This document shows positions 41,538 to 51,104 of a stretch of DNA of 64,000 bases, piece by piece. Position numbers and translations under genes: made by a program. Position 1 is the stretch's first letter. Every line of letters starts with the position of its first letter. The notes beneath the pieces are model-generated. The model did not search any database and was not told where the DNA came from. It was given only the letters and a program-made list of their open reading frames with translations. The stretch spans positions 32,001 through 96,000 of the forward strand of contig CAWKNZ010000002.1 in NCBI GenBank assembly GCA_963851265.1, given 5' to 3'. The DNA is from an uncultured Gemmatimonadales bacterium (lineage in GTDB: Bacteria > Gemmatimonadota > Gemmatimonadetes > Gemmatimonadales > Gemmatimonadaceae).

Positions 41538-42503
41538 CTACTGCCGCGACCCCACCCCGGCGAGAGCGTCCGGTGTCGGCCGCGCATCCTCCACTTCGTC
41601 CTCCGACTCGATCTGCGGTGGCGGCGCTGGGAATCCCGCCAGCCACTCCCGCACGCACGCGAAGAACGCCGCGCGGTGCGCCACGCCCGAGAACAGGTGG
41701 TCCGCACGCGAAAACACGCGCGTGGTCACCGCACCGTGCGCCGCCCCGCCGTGCGGCACCGCGCGGCCGAGGACCTCCGCCGTCTGCCGCTCGCTGTTGA
41801 AGATGGAATCGAACGTCCCCGTGAACACGAACAGCAGCCGCGCCCCGCGCCCCAGCACCGCGGCCACGTCCGACCGGAAGCGCGCACGCGTCGGGTACTC
41901 GCGCTGAAACACCGGCTGGCCCGCGCTGGCGTCCCCGGCCGGAGCCGTGCGCGCGAATCGCCGCCGCAGCGAGCGCCACCGCGCGAACCGCTGCCAACGC
42001 TCCAGCTGCAGGTACCGCAGGGTCTGGCGGCGCACGTAGTAGCCGAACGTCGGATACGTGTAGCCGTCGACGAACACCGCGCCCACCACGCGCCGGTCCG
42101 CGACCGCTACCGGGTGCATGCTGTCGACCCCCGAACACAGCCCCACGAGTACCACCTCGCGTATGCCGAACTGTGCCTCCAGCCAGTCCAGCGCCTCACG
42201 CACGTCGGCCGTCGCCTGCTCACTACTCCCCTGCGCCCCGGCCCTGGGCAGACTGTCGCCCAACCCCGAGAGGTCGAAGCGCAGGGCGTACCACCCCATG
42301 GCCGCGGCGGCACGCGCCAGCTCCACGTACAGGCGGAATGGCCCGACGTGGTGGCTCAGTCCGATGTTCGCCATCACCACCGCCCGGCGCGGCGCCGCCA
42401 CGCCGGACACGCCCGCGTCCGCCGGGTGCGAGACCACGCCGACCAGCCCCCGGTGCGAGCCGAACACGACGGCGCGCTCGACCACCGCCGTCGCGTTAGA
42501 CAT
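41538..42503 (-). CDS. alpha/beta hydrolase with GLCSG elbow (exosortase-associated hydrolase-1-like)
   Basis: HHVGPFRLYV, LRFDLSGLGDS, VGLCSG, ADHLF; overlaps the upstream gene. Confidence 0.85.
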   Translation of the reverse strand: MSNATAVVERAVVFGSHRGLVGVVSHPADAGVSGVAAPRRAVVMANIGLSHHVGPFRLYVELARAAAAMGWYALRFDLSGLGDSLPRAGAQGSSEQATADVREALDWLEAQFGIREVVLVGLCSGVDSMHPVAVADRRVVGAVFVDGYTYPTFGYYVRRQTLRYLQLERWQRFARWRSLRRRFARTAPAGDASAGQPVFQREYPTRARFRSDVAAVLGRGARLLFVFTGTFDSIFNSERQTAEVLGRAVPHGGAAHGAVTTRVFSRADHLFSGVAHRAAFFACVREWLAGFPAPPPQIESEDEVEDARPTPDALAGVGSRQ

Positions 42504-43320
42504 GGACAGGTCCCTGCGGAACGCGCGTCGCGATGTAGTCGCCGATCGCGCCGGGAATGTGGCGCGCCATGAGCGTATCGCTCTCCCAGTGCCCGCCGCG
42601 TGCGAGCGTCGCGTCCGCGACGTGGCGCACCTCGCACCGCCCGCCGCGCGCACCGAGTGCCGCACCGAGCGCCGCGTACTCCGGGCCTTCGTCCGCGCCA
42701 ATCACGAGCACCCGACCGGGCGCACCGCACCCCTCGGCCATCAGGTCCACGGCGGCGATCTCCGCGCGCATCGCCGGCGTCATCAAAAAGCCGAGTAGTT
42801 CGTCCGCCGCGCGGCGATCGTCTTCGGGGTACCTGCGCTCGCCCAGCCCGGACGCCTGCTCCGCGTCGAGCCCTGCGAGGTACTCCACGCCCCGCGCGAC
42901 CGGGTCCCACAGCACGAGGTCCGAAACGGCGAGACCGGCCGCACACGCGCGTGCCGCGACCACGGCGCCGAGCCGTAGCCCGACGAGCGCCGGCCGCCGC
43001 ACCCCGGCCACGTCTTGCAACTCGCGCGCGGCCATGCGCGTGTCCTCCACCCACCGCGCGAGGCTCCCTTCGTCCGACTCGCCCGCCGAGTCACCCGTTC
43101 CCGCATAGTCGAAACGCAGTACGTGCACCCCGGCGGCCGCGAGTGCGGCCGCCAGGCGCCGGTACGCCCAGTGCGCCTGGCGGTATTCCTGCGGCCCCGG
43201 ATAGCAGAGCACCACGCCGCTCCGGCGCGGTGCTGTGACGCGGGCCGCGATCGCGACCGACGCCGGATGGTACACGCCGAACAGCTGGCGGCCGGTGTCG
43301 CCAAAGAATCGGGGAATCAT
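42496..43320 (-). CDS. alpha/beta hydrolase with GLRLG elbow (exosortase-associated hydrolase-2-like)
   Basis: LFGVYHP, C.P..QEY, LRFDYAGTGDS.G, VGLRLGA, LWDPV. Confidence 0.85.
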   Translation of the reverse strand: MIPRFFGDTGRQLFGVYHPASVAIAARVTAPRRSGVVLCYPGPQEYRQAHWAYRRLAAALAAAGVHVLRFDYAGTGDSAGESDEGSLARWVEDTRMAARELQDVAGVRRPALVGLRLGAVVAARACAAGLAVSDLVLWDPVARGVEYLAGLDAEQASGLGERRYPEDDRRAADELLGFLMTPAMRAEIAAVDLMAEGCGAPGRVLVIGADEGPEYAALGAALGARGGRCEVRHVADATLARGGHWESDTLMARHIPGAIGDYIATRVPQGPVHV

Positions 43321-43357
43321 CTGAAGCTCGGGACGTACCTGGACTGTCGCCCGGCTG

Positions 43358-46300
43358 CTACGGCCCGCCGACCTGCACGTACCGTCCGGGCTCGTTCGGG
43401 TGGGCGACGAACCATGCCGGCGAGCCGTCACGCGCGCGGCCGAGTCGCGCGCCGGGCACGGGCGGCGCGCCGACCGCCGCCGGCGCGGACTCCGCGGGCC
43501 GCGGCGGCAGGAATCCGCCCTCCTGCATCTCGGCCACGGCGCTCGTGAACGCGTCGACCACGAGGCGCAGGTCCTCGGTGCTGTGACTCGCGGTCATGAA
43601 GCAGGGGAACCCGTCGTACACGTGCACGCCGCGGTCGCGCAGCATGTAGAACAGCAGGTCGCCGTGCGGCTGCTCGGCCGTGTAGAACGTCTTCCACACC
43701 GACGCGAAGTGCCGGATCTCGAGCGGCGCGCCCGAGGCGCGGAACATCGCGTTGAGCTCGTCGGCGAGGTCGCGCGTGCGGTCGGCGAGCATGCGCTGCA
43801 ACGCCGGGCCGCGCGCCTTCAGCTCCAGGAGCACGGCCCGCGCGGCCGCGAGCGCGAGCGGGTGGCGCACGAACGTCCCAGCGAAGTACGTCACGCCCAC
43901 CTCGGGCACCGACGCGTCGCCGAACCGCCACGCGCCGCCGTCGAGCGCGTCCATGAACTCGCGCTTGCCCGCGATCACCCCGATCGGCAGCCCCCCGCCG
44001 ACGATTTTGCCGTAGGTCGCGAGGTCGCCGCGGATGCCGAAGTGCTCCTGCGCGCCGCCCGGCGCCGCGCGGAAGCCGGTCACGATTTCGTCCCACACGT
44101 AGACGATCCCCTGCTCCTGCGTGAGCGCGCGCAGTTCGCGCAGGAACTCCGCCGGCTGGAAGTCCGGGCGCCGGCTCTGCACCGGCTCGACGACGACCGC
44201 GGCCAGCTCGTGCGCCCGCTCGCGCAGCACGGCCATCGATTCGGGCGTGCCGTAGTCGAGCACGAGCACGTTGTCCGTCGCCGAGCGCAGGATGCCCGGC
44301 GCGGCCGGCACCGCGCGGTGCGTGCGCGTCCCGCGCACGATCACCTCGTCGTTGATGCCGTGGTACGACCCGCCGAAGATCGCGACCAGGTCGCGCCCGG
44401 TCACCGTGCGCGCGATGCGGATCGCGCCCAACACCGCCTCCGATCCGGTGTTGCAGAACGCCACCCGCTCGGCCCCGGTCACCTCGGCGAAAAGCTCCGC
44501 CACCTCGGCCGCGAGCGGGTGCTGCGGCCCGACCTCGAACCCGAGGTCCAGCTGCCGCTTGACCGCCTCGACCACGAACGGCGCCGACCAGCCGAACAGG
44601 TTGGAGCCGAACCCCGACAGCACGTCCACGTACTCGTTCCCGTCCACGTCCCACATCCGCGACCCCGCCGAGCGCCCGACGACGAGCGGGTAGACGAGCT
44701 CCTTCGTCGCGGGGCGGAAGCCGGTCACGGCGCGGGGGTCGGCCATCCGCGCGCGGTGGGCGTCGGCAAACTGCTTCGACCCGGCCGTGCGCGCCGTGTA
44801 GCGGCGCATGAACGCGTCGAACCGCGACCGCTGGCGCGCGTCGAGGTCCGCGCTCCCCTTCGGCGTGATGCGCGGGGCCGCGCCGAACGCCTTCTTCGCG
44901 TCGTAGAACTCGCGCTGCGGACCGGTGGTGACTAACGGTGCGTCGTCCGCCGCCGGCGTATCCGCCGCCACGGCCGACGCCGGAGCGACCACGTTCGGAG
45001 GAACAACGGTCGGGGCAGCCACGGTCGGGGCAGCTACCGCCGGGGGCGGCGCAACCGGCGCCGGCGCCGCGAGCGCGACGCCTTCGGCCGCGCGGGCAGA
45101 TCCCGAGAGCAGGGCGAGCTGCTGGGTCATCACCCGCAACTGCTGCTCGATCAGCTGCTGCACGGCGTGGCCGCCACCCATCTCGACCAGCATCGGAGCG
45201 GCGACGGTACCAGCCACGGTACCGCCCGCGGAACCGACCACCGTCGGCGGGACCGCGACGGCCGCGGCGCTGGGCACGACCGCCGCCAACTCCGGCGCCG
45301 CCGCCTCCACGTAGTCGGCCTGTTCGGGCGGCATTGCCGCGTCGAGGTGCGCCGCGAGGCGATCGACGGTCGTGTACTCCTCGATCATCTGACGGAACGT
45401 CACCCGCACGCCGAAGCGCTTCGCCACGGCGAGGGAGACCTGCGTGAGTACGAGCGAGTCGATCCCGAGCTCGACGAAGCTCTCGGCCGCGTCGCCCGCG
45501 CCGATCTCGACGCCCGACACGGTTTCGAAAAGCTCGCACACCTGGGAGACGAGGCGGGGAAGACGGGCGGTGTTCGACACGGCAGGGGGAAGCGCGACGC
45601 GCGCAGACGCGTCGAGAGGAGGGGTGACGGACGGAGCAGGCGGTGCAGCGGCCGCGGCACTCGCCCGGGAGGACGAACCCGCAGGGAGCGGTTCCGGGGG
45701 CAGCGGATCCACCCAGTAGCGTTGACGCTCGAAGGGGTAGCACGGCACCGGCACGCGCCGGCGCGCCTCGCCGCGCACCACGCCGTCCCAGTCGGGACGC
45801 ACGCCGCACGTCCACAGCCGACCGAGCGCGGACAGCACGGCCTCGCCCTCCACTGCCGGATCGCCAGCGTCGCCGAGCGAGGCGACGCACGCCTGTGTGG
45901 CGCGGTCGGTGACTTGCTGCCGCGCGAGCGTCGACAGCGTCGCGCGCGGCCCGACTTCAAGCAGCAGCGCCCCGGGCTCCGACCACACCGTCCGCACCGC
46001 GTCGGCAAAGCGCACCGTCTCGCGTAGGTGGCGCGCCCAGTACCGCGGGTCGCACGCCTGCTCCGGCGTGAGCCACGTTCCGGTCACCGACGAGACGATC
46101 GGCGTCGTCGGAGCCGCGAGCGCGACACCACGGACGATGTCGAGGAACGGCGCGACCGCCGGTTCCATCATCGGCGAGTGGAACGCGTGCGACGTATGCA
46201 AGGGGCGGCACGCCACGCCCTCCGCGTCGAGCTCCGCCTGCAGTCGCGCGACGGCCTCGGTCGGCCCGGCCACGACGCACAGCGCGGGGCCGTTCTCCGA

Positions 46301-49300
46301 CGCGATGGCCAGCTCCGCCCCGAGCCGCGGTGCGACGGCCGCCGCGCCCAGGCGCACCGACAGCATGCTTCCCGTCGGGAGCTGTTGCATCATGCGGCCG
46401 CGCTCTGCCACGAGCCGCATGCCATCTTCCGGAGAGAACACGCCGGCGATCGCGGCCGCGACGAACTCGCCCACGGAGTGCCCCACCATCGCCCAGGGCC
46501 GAACGCCCCACGACTGCCACAACTCGGCGAGTGCGTACCCGGTCGCGAAGAGAGCGGGTTGTGTGACGGACGTCTGCCGCAGAACGGCCGCGGTGTCGGG
46601 CCCGTCCGCGAACAGCAGCTCGCGCAGGTCGCGGCCGAGGACCGCCCGCGCGCCCTCTGCGCAGCGGTCGAACGCCGCGCGGTAGACCGGCTCGCCGGCG
46701 TACAGCGCCGCACCCATCCGCGGGTACTGCGCGCCCTGGCCGGGAAACGCGAATACGACGCTCGGCGCCCCCCCGCCCGAGCGGCGCGTGTGCACGCGCC
46801 GCTCGTCGCGCGCGGCGAACGCGTCCGCCGCGTCGGCAGGTGACGACGCGACCACGGCGCGCCGGTGCGCGAACGCGCGCCGCCCCACGCGCAGCGTGTG
46901 CGCCACGTCCGCGAGGCACGCGTCGGGGCGCGCGCGCAGATGCGCCACGAGATCGTCCGTCGCACGCTCCAGCGCCGCCTCCGAACGAGCGGAGAGCACG
47001 AGCAGCTGCGCGCCCCGCGAAGGACCGTCGCTCGGGGGCAGCGGCGCCTCCCCGAGCACGATGTGCGCATTCGTGCCGCCCACCCCGAACGAGCTCACGC
47101 CAGCCATCCGGGGCCGCGCGCCGCGCGCCCACGCACGCGGTTCGGCCTGCACCCGGAACGGACTCCGCTCGAGCGCGAGGTGCGGGTTGGGCGCGGTGTA
47201 GTGCACCGTGCCCGGCAGGCACTCGTGCGCGAGGGCGAGCGCGGTCTTGATCACGCCGGCGGCGCCCGCCGCGACGACCGTGTGCCCCACGTTGCCCTTC
47301 ACCGAGCCGAGCGCGCACGGGCCGGCATCGGCCGGCCGCCCACCGAACACCTGCGAGAGCGCCGCGAACTCGACCGGATCGCCTAACGGCGTCGCCGTGC
47401 CGTGCGCCTCCACGTACGAGATCTCGTGCGGCGAGACGCCCGCGTCCGCGTGCGCCATCGCGACCGCGGCCGCCTGCCCGTCGACGCTCGGCGCCGTGAA
47501 GCTGGCCTTCGCCGCGCCGTCGTTGTTCAGCCCCACGCCGCGGACCACGGCGTGGATCGTGTCGCCGTCGCGCACCGCGTCGCTCAGGCGCTTGAGCGCC
47601 AGCACGGCGGCGCCGTCGCTGAACACCGTGCCCGACGCCGCCGCGTCGAAGGGACGCGTCCGACCGTCCGGCGACAGCATCCCGCCCTCCTGATACAGGT
47701 GGCCGCTGTTGGTCGGCACCGTGAGGGACACGCCGCCCGCGAGGGCGAGGTCGCACTGCCCCGCGCGCAGGCTCATCACGGCCTGGCAGATCGTCACCAG
47801 CGACGTCGAGCACGCGGTGTGGATGCTCAGCGCCGGTCCCGTGAGGCCCAGCCGGTGCGCGGTGCGCGTCGCGACGTAATCCTTCTCGTTGAGCAGCATC
47901 GCGTTGAACGCGCCGAACTGCTCCACCACGTCGGGCCGTCGCGCGAGCACCGTGCTCGCGTACGAGTTGTTGTACACGCCGGCGAACACGCCCACCGGCC
48001 CGTCATGTCGTTCGGGGACGTAGCCGGCGTGCTCGAGCGCGTGCCACGCGAGTTCGAGAAACAGGCGCTGCTGCGGGTCCATGATCTGCGCCTCGCGCGG
48101 CGACAGTCCGAAGAACCCCGCGTCGAACTGGTCGACGTCGCGCAGGGTGCCGCGTGCGGCCACGTACTGCGGATCGGCGCGGAGCCGCGGGTCCACCGCG
48201 GCGTCGAGCTCCGCATCGCTGAAGCGCGAGATCGATTCGACGCCGTCGCGCAGGTTGCGCCAGAACGCGTCCACGTCCGCCGCACCCGGAAACCGAGCCG
48301 CCATCCCGATGATGGCGACGGGCTCGGGCGCGCCGTCCGCCCGGCCGTTCGTGCGGTCGATCCCGCGCGGCGCCACGACCTGCACCGGTGCGTCGCCCGC
48401 GATATGCCCGGCCATCGCGCGCGGCGTGCGATGTTGGAAGAAGTGCGCGATGGGAATGTCGAGGCCCAGCCGCGTCTGCAGCCGCGCGCGCGCGCGCACG
48501 ACGAGCAGCGAGCTCGCCCCGAGGTCGAACACGTTGTCGTCCGGCCCGACGCGAGGAACGCCCAACAGTTCGGCCCACACCTGCGAGATAGCGCCCGCCG
48601 CGTCCTGCTCGGCCGGGGCCACGTGCGCCGGCGTGCCGCCGACATCGGGCGCGGGCAGGGCGCGCACGTCCACCTTACCGTTAGGCGTGAGCGGGAGCAC
48701 GCTCAGCCAGACGAAGGCGCTCGGCACGAGGTACTCCGGCAGCGTCGCCCGGAGCGCCTCGCGGATGGCGCCGTCGGCCGGCCGGGCGGTCGCCTCGGCG
48801 ACCACGTAGGCGACGAGCCGCTTGGGAAGACCCTCCGCGACCGCCCGCGCCACGACCGCCGCGTCGCGCACCCCGGGCACGCGGCGGAGCGAAGTAGCGA
48901 CCTCTTTCGGTTCGATACGGTACCCGCTGATCTTCACCTGGTCGTCCGCCCGACCGACGAACTCCAGCGCGCCGTTCGGCAACGTGCGCACGAGGTCGCC
49001 CGTCCGGTACAGGCGGGCGCCGGCATCGTCCGACCACGCGTCGTGCACGAAGCACTCCGCCGTCAGGTCCGGCCGCCCGAGGTAGCCGAGCGCGACTCCG
49101 GCACCGCCGATGAACAGCTCGCCGGTTTCGCCTGCGGGAACGGAACGCCGCTCGGCGTCCAGCACCCGCAGCGTCGTCTGCCGGATGGCGTACCCGATCG
49201 GCACCGACGTCCACGACTCCGGCACCGGCGACGGAATCGCGTAACAGGCGGCAAACGTCGTCGTCTCGGTCGGCCCGTACCCGTTGATGAGCTGGGTCCC

Positions 49301-50194
49301 GTCGAGCACCTCCTGCGCGCGCCGCACGTGACGCACCGAAAGCGCCTCACCGCCCGTCAGCAGCTGACGAAGGCCGCGGAGCGCGGCGGGCGCCTCGTCG
49401 ACCACCGCGTTGAACAGCCCGGCCGTGAGCCACATCGTCGTCACGCCGTCCTCCGCGATCGCGCACGCGAGCCCTTCCGGGGTCGGCACGCGGTCGCGGT
49501 AGAGCGCGCACGTGCCGCCCGTGAGCAGCGGCCCGAAGATCTCGAACGTGGACGCATCGAACCCGAGCGGCGCGGCGTGTAGCACCGTGTGCGCCGGCCC
49601 GAGTTCGACGTAGTCGACGTCGCACACGAGGCGAACGATCGCCCGGTGCGGTACTTCGACGCCCTTGGGCTCACCCGTCGATCCCGAGGTGAACATCACG
49701 TACGCACGATCGTCCGGCCCCACCGCGGCCGCGGGCCGTTCGGCCGACCTCTCCTCAGGTGCCGCGTACGTCTCCGGCCCGTCGAGTCGTAGAACGGTCC
49801 ACGCCCCCGCCGGAACGCGCTCGGCGTGCGCAGCGTCGGTGATGACGACCGGCGACGCGGTCGCGCGCAGCAGGTGCGCGAGGCGCTCCGCGGGATACGA
49901 CTCCTCGAGCGGAACGTACGCCGCGCCGGCCTTCAGGATCGCGAGCAGCGCGGCCACCATCGCCGGCGTGCGGTCGAGGCACACGCCCACGGCCGCGCCG
50001 CGCCCGACGCCGCGGGCCTGCAGTGCGGCGGCGAGCTGGTTCGCGCGCGCGTCGATCTCGGCGTAGCTCGTGCTGGCACCCGCGTGGCGAACCGCGGCCG
50101 CGTGCGGCGTGCGGGCGACCTGCGCTTCGAACGCGGCGTGCACCGTCGCCGGGCGCGCCATCCCGGCCGGCGTCGTCGTGCGCCGCTCGCTCAC
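43358..50194 (-). CDS. hybrid NRPS-PKS: A-PCP-KS-AT-ACP-aminotransferase (class III)
   Basis: A (FTSGSTGEPKG, YGPTE, YRTGD, PNGK), PCP (DLGASSL), KS (DPQQR, TACSTS, HGTAT, GH), AT (GHSVG, HAFHS), ACP (GIDSL), AMT (NTGSEA, DEIVTGFR, YGKIVGGG); GTG 50194 overlaps the PPTase stop. Confidence 0.95.
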   Translation of the reverse strand: MSERRTTTPAGMARPATVHAAFEAQVARTPHAAAVRHAGASTSYAEIDARANQLAAALQARGVGRGAAVGVCLDRTPAMVAALLAILKAGAAYVPLEESYPAERLAHLLRATASPVVITDAAHAERVPAGAWTVLRLDGPETYAAPEERSAERPAAAVGPDDRAYVMFTSGSTGEPKGVEVPHRAIVRLVCDVDYVELGPAHTVLHAAPLGFDASTFEIFGPLLTGGTCALYRDRVPTPEGLACAIAEDGVTTMWLTAGLFNAVVDEAPAALRGLRQLLTGGEALSVRHVRRAQEVLDGTQLINGYGPTETTTFAACYAIPSPVPESWTSVPIGYAIRQTTLRVLDAERRSVPAGETGELFIGGAGVALGYLGRPDLTAECFVHDAWSDDAGARLYRTGDLVRTLPNGALEFVGRADDQVKISGYRIEPKEVATSLRRVPGVRDAAVVARAVAEGLPKRLVAYVVAEATARPADGAIREALRATLPEYLVPSAFVWLSVLPLTPNGKVDVRALPAPDVGGTPAHVAPAEQDAAGAISQVWAELLGVPRVGPDDNVFDLGASSLLVVRARARLQTRLGLDIPIAHFFQHRTPRAMAGHIAGDAPVQVVAPRGIDRTNGRADGAPEPVAIIGMAARFPGAADVDAFWRNLRDGVESISRFSDAELDAAVDPRLRADPQYVAARGTLRDVDQFDAGFFGLSPREAQIMDPQQRLFLELAWHALEHAGYVPERHDGPVGVFAGVYNNSYASTVLARRPDVVEQFGAFNAMLLNEKDYVATRTAHRLGLTGPALSIHTACSTSLVTICQAVMSLRAGQCDLALAGGVSLTVPTNSGHLYQEGGMLSPDGRTRPFDAAASGTVFSDGAAVLALKRLSDAVRDGDTIHAVVRGVGLNNDGAAKASFTAPSVDGQAAAVAMAHADAGVSPHEISYVEAHGTATPLGDPVEFAALSQVFGGRPADAGPCALGSVKGNVGHTVVAAGAAGVIKTALALAHECLPGTVHYTAPNPHLALERSPFRVQAEPRAWARGARPRMAGVSSFGVGGTNAHIVLGEAPLPPSDGPSRGAQLLVLSARSEAALERATDDLVAHLRARPDACLADVAHTLRVGRRAFAHRRAVVASSPADAADAFAARDERRVHTRRSGGGAPSVVFAFPGQGAQYPRMGAALYAGEPVYRAAFDRCAEGARAVLGRDLRELLFADGPDTAAVLRQTSVTQPALFATGYALAELWQSWGVRPWAMVGHSVGEFVAAAIAGVFSPEDGMRLVAERGRMMQQLPTGSMLSVRLGAAAVAPRLGAELAIASENGPALCVVAGPTEAVARLQAELDAEGVACRPLHTSHAFHSPMMEPAVAPFLDIVRGVALAAPTTPIVSSVTGTWLTPEQACDPRYWARHLRETVRFADAVRTVWSEPGALLLEVGPRATLSTLARQQVTDRATQACVASLGDAGDPAVEGEAVLSALGRLWTCGVRPDWDGVVRGEARRRVPVPCYPFERQRYWVDPLPPEPLPAGSSSRASAAAAAPPAPSVTPPLDASARVALPPAVSNTARLPRLVSQVCELFETVSGVEIGAGDAAESFVELGIDSLVLTQVSLAVAKRFGVRVTFRQMIEEYTTVDRLAAHLDAAMPPEQADYVEAAAPELAAVVPSAAAVAVPPTVVGSAGGTVAGTVAAPMLVEMGGGHAVQQLIEQQLRVMTQQLALLSGSARAAEGVALAAPAPVAPPPAVAAPTVAAPTVVPPNVVAPASAVAADTPAADDAPLVTTGPQREFYDAKKAFGAAPRITPKGSADLDARQRSRFDAFMRRYTARTAGSKQFADAHRARMADPRAVTGFRPATKELVYPLVVGRSAGSRMWDVDGNEYVDVLSGFGSNLFGWSAPFVVEAVKRQLDLGFEVGPQHPLAAEVAELFAEVTGAERVAFCNTGSEAVLGAIRIARTVTGRDLVAIFGGSYHGINDEVIVRGTRTHRAVPAAPGILRSATDNVLVLDYGTPESMAVLRERAHELAAVVVEPVQSRRPDFQPAEFLRELRALTQEQGIVYVWDEIVTGFRAAPGGAQEHFGIRGDLATYGKIVGGGLPIGVIAGKREFMDALDGGAWRFGDASVPEVGVTYFAGTFVRHPLALAAARAVLLELKARGPALQRMLADRTRDLADELNAMFRASGAPLEIRHFASVWKTFYTAEQPHGDLLFYMLRDRGVHVYDGFPCFMTASHSTEDLRLVVDAFTSAVAEMQEGGFLPPRPAESAPAAVGAPPVPGARLGRARDGSPAWFVAHPNEPGRYVQVGGP

Positions 50195-50949
50195 GACACG
50201 CGCCCCGTCCTGCTCCACCGGTCGACCGCCGGAAGCGCGAGACACGTGTAGACATGGCCGTCCGCGATCGCGAACGCCACGTCGAACACCGCGCCGGCGC
50301 CGAACGTCGCCGAGGCGTCATCCCCGCCGAGGCCGCGCGTGAGGCGCAGGCGAACGGTGCGCGCCACACGGTCGAGTCGCGTGAGCCGGGCGTCGTCGAC
50401 GTCGAAGAACTCGCCGACCAGCGGGCGCAGGCACTTGTAGAGACTCTCTTTCGCCGAGAACCCGACGGTGACGAACTCCGCCCACGAGATCGCGTCGTCG
50501 CGGGCGACGGCATCGGCTTCGGGCAGCGCACTGCGCATGATCTCGTCCGCGTCGCGTTCTGCGAGCACCTGTTCGCAATCCACCCCCAGCCCGCGCCAGC
50601 GCGCCGCCGAACCGACGATCGCGACCGCGCGCGTGGCCGCGTGGGAGATCGAGCCGACCGCACCTGCCGGCCACGCGGGCGCACCGGCGTCGCCGATCGC
50701 GACCGGTACGTCGCCGTTCCACCCGGCCGCATCTAGCGCCAGCGACGCGCAGTAGCGCCCCGCCAGGTATGCAGCGAGTCGGCGCGGCGCAGCCCGCACC
50801 AGCGCGGGTTCGTAGGCGACGACCGACTCGCGACACCCGTCGCCGACAGCGGCGAAGCACACCGCGTGCGCCGACCACCCCCCGCGCCGAACGATCGCGG
50901 GCGCGACGACGTCGCTGACGTGCAACGCGGCATCGTCGCGTCCCGCCAT
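50191..50949 (-). CDS. 4'-phosphopantetheinyl transferase (EntD-type)
   Basis: R...YLAGR.CA, P.WP.G.VGSISH, GVDCE, FSAKESLYK; start uncertain. Confidence 0.9.
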   Translation of the reverse strand: MAGRDDAALHVSDVVAPAIVRRGGWSAHAVCFAAVGDGCRESVVAYEPALVRAAPRRLAAYLAGRYCASLALDAAGWNGDVPVAIGDAGAPAWPAGAVGSISHAATRAVAIVGSAARWRGLGVDCEQVLAERDADEIMRSALPEADAVARDDAISWAEFVTVGFSAKESLYKCLRPLVGEFFDVDDARLTRLDRVARTVRLRLTRGLGGDDASATFGAGAVFDVAFAIADGHVYTCLALPAVDRWSRTGRVS

Positions 50950-51104
50950 GCGCACGCGCATGCTGCGCGGGTGCACGCCGCGCGCGTGTACCGCGTCGGC
51001 TACGCCCGGGGGCTCGTACAAGGTTCTCATTGCGTGCTCATGCGTAGGTGGTGCAACTCGTCGTTCTGCGAGAGATTGGCGCACTTCGCCCATTTCTCGG
51101 ATCT

